64,000 nucleotides of DNA, from positions 1-64,000 of the IMG/VR virus record IMGVR_UViG_3300014834_000367; one strand, 5' to 3'. Each line of letters opens with the position of its first letter. Positions within the stretch are counted from its first letter, which is position 1. This document shows positions 58,253-64,000 of the stretch, piece by piece. The notes under the pieces are model-generated. The model worked only from the letters and a program-made list of their open reading frames with translations. It ran no database searches and was not told the DNA's origin. This DNA comes from a virus. The translations under genes and the position numbers were made by a program.

Positions 58253-58394
58253 TTTTTTCATTGAACATGATACATGTTTTGAAATTAAAAATTACACGCC
58301 TATTATAGAGAAAGACGATAAAGGAAATATCATAAGTATGATTTGTTGTCCTTACATACCTAAGATATTTCCTGATGATCATGAAGCAAAGTGA
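58242..58394 (+). CDS. 50-aa hypothetical ORF ending within the tmRNA-like duplicate
   Basis: Manual translation MDDNFFIEHD...PDDHEAK*; weak RBS. Confidence 0.4.
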   Translation: MDDNFFIEHDTCFEIKNYTPIIEKDDKGNIISMICCPYIPKIFPDDHEAK

Positions 58395-58436
58395 AAAGTG
58401 TTCTGGACGTGGGTTCAACTCCGCCCGGCTTCACCA
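58381..58436 (+). repeat. Diverged copy of the tmRNA acceptor piece (T arm to ACCA)
   Basis: 50 of 59 positions identical between 58381-58439 and 59010-59068. Confidence 0.85.
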
Positions 58437-58448
58437 TAAGGAAGTGTG

Positions 58449-58652
58449 ATGACTATAGACGATCTGAAATATATTTTTAAGGCACAGCTTGATTCAGATA
58501 TTCCTGATGTTTTATTGTGGTTTATGTTGACCGACGGTGAGCATAATCTAATAGAACGACATTCATCTGATGACTTAGAAGGTCTATTGCCCATGTTGAG
58601 TAGTTTCCAATATGTAGGCAAAGCGGCTGATGTTCCAAGATTCGTCAAGTAA
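58449..58652 (+). CDS. Cassette 1 ORF, 67-aa hypothetical protein
   Basis: TAAGGAAG directly after ACCA; followed by a tmRNA 5'-end-like motif. Confidence 0.7.
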   Translation: MTIDDLKYIFKAQLDSDIPDVLLWFMLTDGEHNLIERHSSDDLEGLLPMLSSFQYVGKAADVPRFVK

Positions 58653-58666
58653 GTTTTTCTTATGAT

Positions 58667-58703
58667 GGGTCAGTCATGGTTTCGACTCCCGCCATCTCCA
58701 CCA
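58667..58703 (+). repeat. Fused tmRNA 5' end and 3' end
   Basis: GGGTCAGTCATGGTTTCGAC runs directly into TCCCGCCATCTCCACCA. Confidence 0.85.
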
Positions 58704-58715
58704 TAAGGAAGTATA

Positions 58716-58895
58716 ATGAATTGTCCAAAATGCGGAACTGAAATGAAGTTGGGTAGGGCTATAGATCCAATTGAGGAATCAAATTGTCATTATTTTGCTC
58801 CTCAACCTTTGATTAACAGTGAAACGTTACGACTCATTGATGTTCTAAAATGCCCTAAATGTGGGCATTCAGATGACGAATTAAATTCTTTATGA
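58716..58895 (+). CDS. Cassette 2 ORF, 59-aa zinc ribbon protein (not in the ORF track)
   Basis: MNCPKCGTEM...KCPKCGHS; TAAGGAAG RBS directly after ACCA. Confidence 0.8.
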   Translation: MNCPKCGTEMKLGRAIDPIEESNCHYFAPQPLINSETLRLIDVLKCPKCGHSDDELNSL

Positions 58896-58896
58896 T

Positions 58897-58931
58897 GCGC
58901 CTGTCATGGTTTCGACATGACAAAGTGCAAT
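58897..58931 (+). repeat. Diverged copy of the tmRNA 5' end
   Basis: GCGCCTGTCATGGTTTCGAC versus GGGCCTGACCAGGTTTCGAC at 59140. Confidence 0.8.
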
Positions 58932-58999
58932 AGCGCGCCATAACCCTCGATAAGCTGGGAAACGAAGCTTCAGATGCATTTTATTTTTAATAAATAAGT

Positions 59000-59326
59000 T
59001 TATGGTCGTATGAAGCAAAGAGAAAAGTGTTGCGGACGGCGGTTCGATTCCGCCCGGGTCCACCATAAAACACACTAACAAAATGGGTTCAATTCCCTGC
59101 TATTTAGTGTGGGTCACGGAAGCTAGTGTGTTTTATAATGGGCCTGACCAGGTTTCGACGGAGCAAAGAGTATCTGAGTGGACGATTCGGCAATGCGAAA
59201 GCCGTTAGGGTTGGGGTCACCCGGCCGAAGAAGCAAAAACCGTAGAAGCAAACGACTCTACATTCGCTCTCGCCGCGTAAGTGGCAAGCTGAGGCTTACT
59301 GAAAGCCAAGAAACAGAAAAATCAGT
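59000..59326 (+). ncRNA. ssrA: Circularly permuted (two-piece) tmRNA; tag ANDSTFALAA
   Basis: Acceptor piece with GGCGG-TTCGATT-CCGCC and CGGGTCC-ACCA (to 59065); intervening segment 59066-59139; coding piece from GGGCCTG 59140 (G3-U70); tag 59248-59280; pseudoknot GGCTT-ACTGA-AAGCC/TCAGT; TAAATA at 58991. Confidence 0.93.
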
Positions 59327-59356
59327 ACGGGACCGCAAGCGGTCCCGTTTTATTTT
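59327..59356 (+). terminator. Intrinsic terminator of tmRNA
   Basis: ACGGGACCGC-AA-GCGGTCCCGT-TTTATTTT. Confidence 0.9.
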
Positions 59357-59367
59357 AGCAGACATGA

Positions 59368-59396
59368 TTTACAACAAGCAAAAAGTAGTGTATAAT
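59368..59396 (+). promoter_or_regulatory. Early promoter
   Basis: TTTACA -N17- TATAAT. Confidence 0.7.
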
Positions 59397-59425
59397 AATC
59401 ATATACAAACTCATTGGGATTAATC

Positions 59426-59884
59426 ATGCTTAAGATTCTTGCAGCGTTCTTGATGATCTATGCAATGACAACTGCCGTGGCAGCAGCAGAGACTTATCAT
59501 AGGAATGATGTTAGATTATACGCCGAATCAGCATATTTGTCTGCTTGTACTATTCTCCTTAAGAGATTTGAACCAAGCAATTCAGACACTATCGTAAATG
59601 AATCATGCGTTTCTAGATTGTTCAATTCACCAGAAGAATTAAAAGCTGGAATTTTTAAAGATGCCACAGAATCTTCCGAAGGACCATTCACCGTAATTCA
59701 GGCAACAAATGTCGCGCGCTTTTACTTCGCTTTCGCTTGTGTAGATTTAGTAATGGTCGCAAATGAAAAAGAATACCAACAAAATAAAGCCAGTTATGAT
59801 GATCAGTGCGCAGATATGGCCATGAAGATGGTTGGCGAAAATACCACAGTTAAATGGTTCAATAAACGTAAAGGATCATTATGA
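59426..59884 (+). CDS. Secreted helical protein with four cysteines
   Basis: Signal peptide ending AAA; four Cys in two similar halves. Confidence 0.7.
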   Translation: MLKILAAFLMIYAMTTAVAAAETYHRNDVRLYAESAYLSACTILLKRFEPSNSDTIVNESCVSRLFNSPEELKAGIFKDATESSEGPFTVIQATNVARFYFAFACVDLVMVANEKEYQQNKASYDDQCADMAMKMVGENTTVKWFNKRKGSL

Positions 59885-60378
59885 TTAAGAAAGCTTTAAC
59901 GGCTGTAGTTTTAAGTTTGTCATTGTTGGTAAACAACGCCGTTCGTGCTGATGGAGGTTTTCAGCCTGAAAGTATATTATACTCTGAAGCAATCGCAAAG
60001 GAATTTGGAATTGCAAATGTAATTTTTGGCTGTGCTGTAGTTAGAAATAAGTTCTATTCAGATATGTATAAACAGGATACTTTCAAAACGTGTGTTGAAG
60101 ATGTTAATGCATTGCCGAATGAAATGAAAGAAAATATTTTTTCAAAATTACATATTAAAAAGAACACAAATCCGCCATGGTATTCAATGCATGATATGCT
60201 GATCATAGGAAAATTCCATTACATTTTAGGTTGTTATAGCGCTCACACTACTGCGCTACCAGAAAATGACTTAAATAAAACGGCATTGATAAAACAGTGC
60301 ACTCGATTATCAGATATGGTTACACCAACTTTGATTCATAATTTTGGCATGCAACAAAAAACAAAGAAAACAACGTAG
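59881..60378 (+). CDS. Secreted helical protein with four cysteines, probable paralogue
   Basis: Signal peptide ending VRA; Cys spacing similar to the previous gene. Confidence 0.7.
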   Translation: MIKKALTAVVLSLSLLVNNAVRADGGFQPESILYSEAIAKEFGIANVIFGCAVVRNKFYSDMYKQDTFKTCVEDVNALPNEMKENIFSKLHIKKNTNPPWYSMHDMLIIGKFHYILGCYSAHTTALPENDLNKTALIKQCTRLSDMVTPTLIHNFGMQQKTKKTT

Positions 60379-60387
60379 GAATATAAA

Positions 60388-61149
60388 ATGGAAAAATTTG
60401 GAATTATTCAGAGCCGCGGCCTTGGAGATATTGTTATTGCTCTGCCTATTGCCCATCACTTTCACACTGTAGAAAATAAAGAGGTGTATTGGCCAATCTG
60501 TGAAGAATTTATTCCAGCAGTTGAGAAACATGTTCCTTGGGTAAATTGGTTATCAGTAAAAACTGATAAGACCGGACTCTTCTTTTCCAAAGAGCCACTT
60601 AGATTACTTCAGGCCGCTGGCGTATCTGACATGATTTGCCTGTATCAAGCATTAACTAATATGCCTGAGTTGAAACAAGAGCCATCATTCCAATACATGA
60701 AATTTGATCAGTCTAAATATAATAGAGCCGGGATTCCTTTTCTCAATAAGTGGAAGCTTGCAAAATGCATCTCACGAGATCTAGAGGTCGAACAAGCCGT
60801 TTGCAAGAAATTAACTAACGGCAAGCCATATGTGGTAGCCCATTTGGAGGGTTCTGATTATTCTGCAAATATTGATTTAAGTCATGTCATTCAACAGGGC
60901 TATGAATTAATTAAATTAACAAAAGACACAGTATCATCTCCATTTGATGCCATCTCGCTGCTTGAAGGGGCAGAGGCATTATTTTTACTCGACAGTGTTT
61001 ATGCAAATATGGTTGATCAGCTTCAGATTGATGTTGATAAGTATTTTATTCCTAGATCTCATATCCAATTAACTCCAGTTCTTGGATCAGATTGGACAAT
61101 TTTAGAGCCAGAACAAATTATCAAACAACGCACAACTATTTTTGGGTAA
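60388..61149 (+). CDS. Glycosyltransferase, GT9/heptosyltransferase-like
   Basis: RGLGDIVIALP N-terminal motif; LLEGAEALFLLDS. Confidence 0.55.
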   Translation: MEKFGIIQSRGLGDIVIALPIAHHFHTVENKEVYWPICEEFIPAVEKHVPWVNWLSVKTDKTGLFFSKEPLRLLQAAGVSDMICLYQALTNMPELKQEPSFQYMKFDQSKYNRAGIPFLNKWKLAKCISRDLEVEQAVCKKLTNGKPYVVAHLEGSDYSANIDLSHVIQQGYELIKLTKDTVSSPFDAISLLEGAEALFLLDSVYANMVDQLQIDVDKYFIPRSHIQLTPVLGSDWTILEPEQIIKQRTTIFG

Positions 61150-61153
61150 AACT

Positions 61154-62350
61154 ATGAAAATCGCAATCATCGGCGCGGGGTTAGCCGGCATGTTGCCAGC
61201 GTATTATTTAGCAAAGTCTGGGCATAAAGTTACGATCTTTGATCAGGAACGTTATGCGGCGATGCGAACAAGCTTCGCAAATGGCGGGCAAATGTCCGTT
61301 AGCAACAGCGAAGTTTGGACAACTTGGGCAAATGTCGGAAAGGGCCTAAAATGGCTGGCACAAAAAGATGCGCCTCTTCTGATTAGGCCGTCTCTCGATC
61401 CAGAAAAATTTGCTTGGCTTTTTAAATTCATATTATCTACTGCTCGAGGCGACGCCGAAAAACGCACGCTTGAGACCATTAAATTAGGAATTGAAAGTCG
61501 TGAATTATACAGCTGTATTGCCTCCGAAGAAGAAATTTCTTTTTCACAGAGCAACTGCGGTATCATGCACGTTTATTGGGATAAAGCACAACTTGAAGCA
61601 AGTGAAAAAATACAACCACTTTTTGAGAATGCTGGCTGCGGCTGGGAAATTATTAATAGGGCCAGAATAGCTAGAGTAGCAGAAATAGAACCAACACTGG
61701 CCAACCGTTCAGTTTTCATGGCAGGTGCAGCCTGGACGCCAGATGACAGCGTTGGTGACGCGCATCAATTCTGTGTACAACTTTTAAGTGTTTTAAAGAA
61801 AAAGTATAATGTTTATTTTTCTCATGAATTGTTATCACCCAAAAAATTAAAAGAACTGATTTCAGAATTTGACACTGTAGTTGTAGCAGCAGGAGTGGGA
61901 TCTCCAAAATTAGCCAAATCTATTGGTGATAATTTGCCAATTTATCCAGTAAAGGGTTATAGCATAACAGTGTCTATGCCTGAAGATAAAGCAAATACAT
62001 TATTTCCAAAAGTAAGTATTCTTGATGATAAGGCAAAAATCGTGACCAGCACGCTTGGCAACCGCCTTCGCGTCGCCGGAACAGCAGAATTAGCTGGTCA
62101 TAATTATGACATTACCCGCAGTAGAATCGAGCCATTGCTTAAATGGGTTCATGCCACGCTGCCAAAAGTTGAAACAAGAGAATATTCGCAATGGGCATGT
62201 TTAAGGCCAATGACGCCAGACATGATGCCTATAGTTAAACAATCTAAGAAAAATCCAAAAGTATTTTACCACACGGGCCATGGCCATTTAGGATTTACAT
62301 TATCACCAGCTACTGCACAACACTTAGCAAAGATGATTGAACAAGTATAA
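61154..62350 (+). CDS. dadA: D-amino acid dehydrogenase
   Basis: IIGAGLAG, TSFANGGQ, YPVKGYSIT, LRPMTPD, TGHGHLG. Confidence 0.9.
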   Translation: MKIAIIGAGLAGMLPAYYLAKSGHKVTIFDQERYAAMRTSFANGGQMSVSNSEVWTTWANVGKGLKWLAQKDAPLLIRPSLDPEKFAWLFKFILSTARGDAEKRTLETIKLGIESRELYSCIASEEEISFSQSNCGIMHVYWDKAQLEASEKIQPLFENAGCGWEIINRARIARVAEIEPTLANRSVFMAGAAWTPDDSVGDAHQFCVQLLSVLKKKYNVYFSHELLSPKKLKELISEFDTVVVAAGVGSPKLAKSIGDNLPIYPVKGYSITVSMPEDKANTLFPKVSILDDKAKIVTSTLGNRLRVAGTAELAGHNYDITRSRIEPLLKWVHATLPKVETREYSQWACLRPMTPDMMPIVKQSKKNPKVFYHTGHGHLGFTLSPATAQHLAKMIEQV

Positions 62351-62408
62351 AAACGCTCTCGCTATAATAAATAATCTTTATTAAATCAACCTAATTGGGA
62401 TAAAGATT

Positions 62409-63755
62409 ATGATGTTAAAAACTCTAGCTTCTCTTCTGGCATTAACACAAAAAATAGAAGAGGCCGAAGACCATTCACACGGTTATCAGCCACATGGCCA
62501 TAAAGCTTTAGATTTGCCAGAATATCATGATGATGAAGATGGCGGCAAGTGGGTCCCAACTGGTAAAACGGCTAAACATTCTGAGACCGGCAAAACCACC
62601 TATGAATATGCCAAATATGATAAAGATGGTAATAAAACCGGGCAACGTCATTACAAAGACGCAGAAGGCAATTTCATGGGCGAAAGCGTAAAATTAAAAG
62701 AAGAAACCGCCTTTGCTAGAGCCATGAAAAAAGCCATTGACGCCGAAGAGCGTGGAGATACCAAGCGCCTTCAGTATCATCTTAAAAATGCAAAAATGGC
62801 GCGTTATGGTTTAAAATCAACTGAAATGTCCAAGCTTAAAGATCTGCTTGACAAATATATGGAATTGCGTGATAAGCATGCCCCTTTGGAAGAAGCCAAA
62901 GGAAAATTGATGTATGAGCCAAAACACACATTATGGGCAGTTATTCCTAAATCCAAGAAAGAATTTGTTAAAACTTTTGCCATGAATAAACATGCAGACG
63001 CCGAGCAATACGCACACGAAACTGCTGGTAAATTAGTTAAGATAGATCAAGCCGGCAGAGTCATCAAAGAGCAAAAAGCATCAGAAGAAGCGCTCCATTT
63101 AATGGAGCCAATTGGTCAAGTAAGAAGAGCAATTAACGGCTTGCACGATTTTAAAGCCATTATGTCTGCTACACACGGCGTCGCACAACGAAAAGTTGGC
63201 AAAGACGGTAAAGTTTATTATGTAGTTAGAGGTAAATTAGCTGGCCGTTACGATCCACTTGAGGGAGCTGGAGTAATTTATTCAAAGTCCAAAACAGAAG
63301 TGTCAGAAGATTATCGTTATCTTGGCGCCGCTGCAGCATATGAGGCTGAAGAGTTTAAGGTTGGCGATAAGGTCAAAGTTAAAATGGGCGGCATGTGGCA
63401 CGATGCCGAAGTTACTGATGGCCCACATAAGATGTCTGGTCATATTGAAGCAAAGTTCAAATATGGTAAGAAGACATTCAAAACACGTTTTGATCCAAAA
63501 ATGGAAGTAAAAAAGATCAGCGAAGAAGTTCAAGAATCACAGCATGACATGGTATCTTTCTATCTTGAAACAGAAAGAGCTTATGAACACGTTATGGATA
63601 AATTTGGCCATGTTATAGATTGGAATGAAGACACTGGCATGATGGTTATGCCCAGGAAATATTGGGGCGCAATGCAAGAAATAGCTCTCGCAGCCGATGG
63701 TATTGGTGCTACTGAAGAGGATTATATCGAAAAAAATCCGGAACATTATAAATGA
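62409..63755 (+). CDS. Late modular polyprotein-like protein
   Basis: TAAATA upstream; short unrelated modules separated by IEE, MGE, LKE, LEE, IKE, VSE, ISE, VQE. Confidence 0.6.
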   Translation: MMLKTLASLLALTQKIEEAEDHSHGYQPHGHKALDLPEYHDDEDGGKWVPTGKTAKHSETGKTTYEYAKYDKDGNKTGQRHYKDAEGNFMGESVKLKEETAFARAMKKAIDAEERGDTKRLQYHLKNAKMARYGLKSTEMSKLKDLLDKYMELRDKHAPLEEAKGKLMYEPKHTLWAVIPKSKKEFVKTFAMNKHADAEQYAHETAGKLVKIDQAGRVIKEQKASEEALHLMEPIGQVRRAINGLHDFKAIMSATHGVAQRKVGKDGKVYYVVRGKLAGRYDPLEGAGVIYSKSKTEVSEDYRYLGAAAAYEAEEFKVGDKVKVKMGGMWHDAEVTDGPHKMSGHIEAKFKYGKKTFKTRFDPKMEVKKISEEVQESQHDMVSFYLETERAYEHVMDKFGHVIDWNEDTGMMVMPRKYWGAMQEIALAADGIGATEEDYIEKNPEHYK

Positions 63756-64000
63756 AATTAAATTGTTTATTTGAAGACGCGAGCTCAGCTGAAGAAATAC
63801 TGCGTAAAATTTTAAATGCCGCCGCGAATGATAAAGGTCTCTCCATATCTATTCGCGGCGTAGAAGGCCCACCTCTACCTGCGGCGTACGTTAAAGCGAT
63901 TGCGAAATTTTACGAAATGTCGCCAAAGTATATGGCCAAAGAAAAATTTTTGCAGCTTTTTGATGATCCAAATCTATTTGTGCAAATGCTCAAAGACGCA
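63752..64000 (+). CDS. Partial capsid-targeted protein (runs off the window)
   Basis: ATGA overlap; MKLNCLFEDASSAEEILRK... Confidence 0.65.
   Translation, partial: MKLNCLFEDASSAEEILRKILNAAANDKGLSISIRGVEGPPLPAAYVKAIAKFYEMSPKYMAKEKFLQLFDDPNLFVQMLKDA

Noticed and set aside
58381-58931. tRNA genes or a CRISPR array
   Set aside because: No anticodon arms; the repeats are tmRNA ends and the spacers are 190-230 nt ORF-containing segments.
59178-59423. 81-aa ORF (also 58890..59081 and 58415..58648 on the minus strand)
   Set aside because: They overlap the tmRNA, its terminator or cassette 1; no RBS; shadow frames.
1-64000. Alternative genetic code
   Set aside because: Conserved genes translate full length in the standard code and end at TAA, TGA or TAG.

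Overview
A 64-kb segment of an AT-rich, gene-dense, large T4-related myovirus (probably a jumbo phage). The host is probably proteobacterial; the two-piece tmRNA and class Ia RNR suggest a betaproteobacterium, which is inference. In order: homing endonuclease plus DNA glycosylase; neck/tail module (gp13, 14, 15, 18, 19, tube-like protein, gp4); an array of proteins with T4-internal-protein-like N-terminal capsid-targeting peptides, including five ADP-ribosyltransferase-like paralogues; TerS and intein-containing TerL; early accessory genes (S53 lipoprotein protease, HD plus kinase); gp32-uvsX-uvsY-uvsW; GH108 endolysin; a T4 alpha-glucosyltransferase homologue with UDP-uronic acid synthesis genes; a miniaturised DnaE split into two distant genes; clamp loaders; nrdA split by a GIY-YIG endonuclease; nrdB; ADP-heptose-pathway genes; heptad-repeat solenoid genes; a permuted tmRNA; dadA. 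The most unusual signals are four. (1) Upstream of the intact permuted tmRNA is a tandem array of small genes, each placed as a tmRNA intervening segment (CCA end - SD - ORF - tmRNA 5' end), with units joined at TTCRAC motifs. (2) The two NrdA halves carry non-splicing split-intein-like tails. (3) There is a battery of capsid-targeted ART-like effectors and polyproteins. (4) There is a candidate uronic-acid DNA hypermodification pathway. All family calls come from motif recognition by eye; no searches were run.
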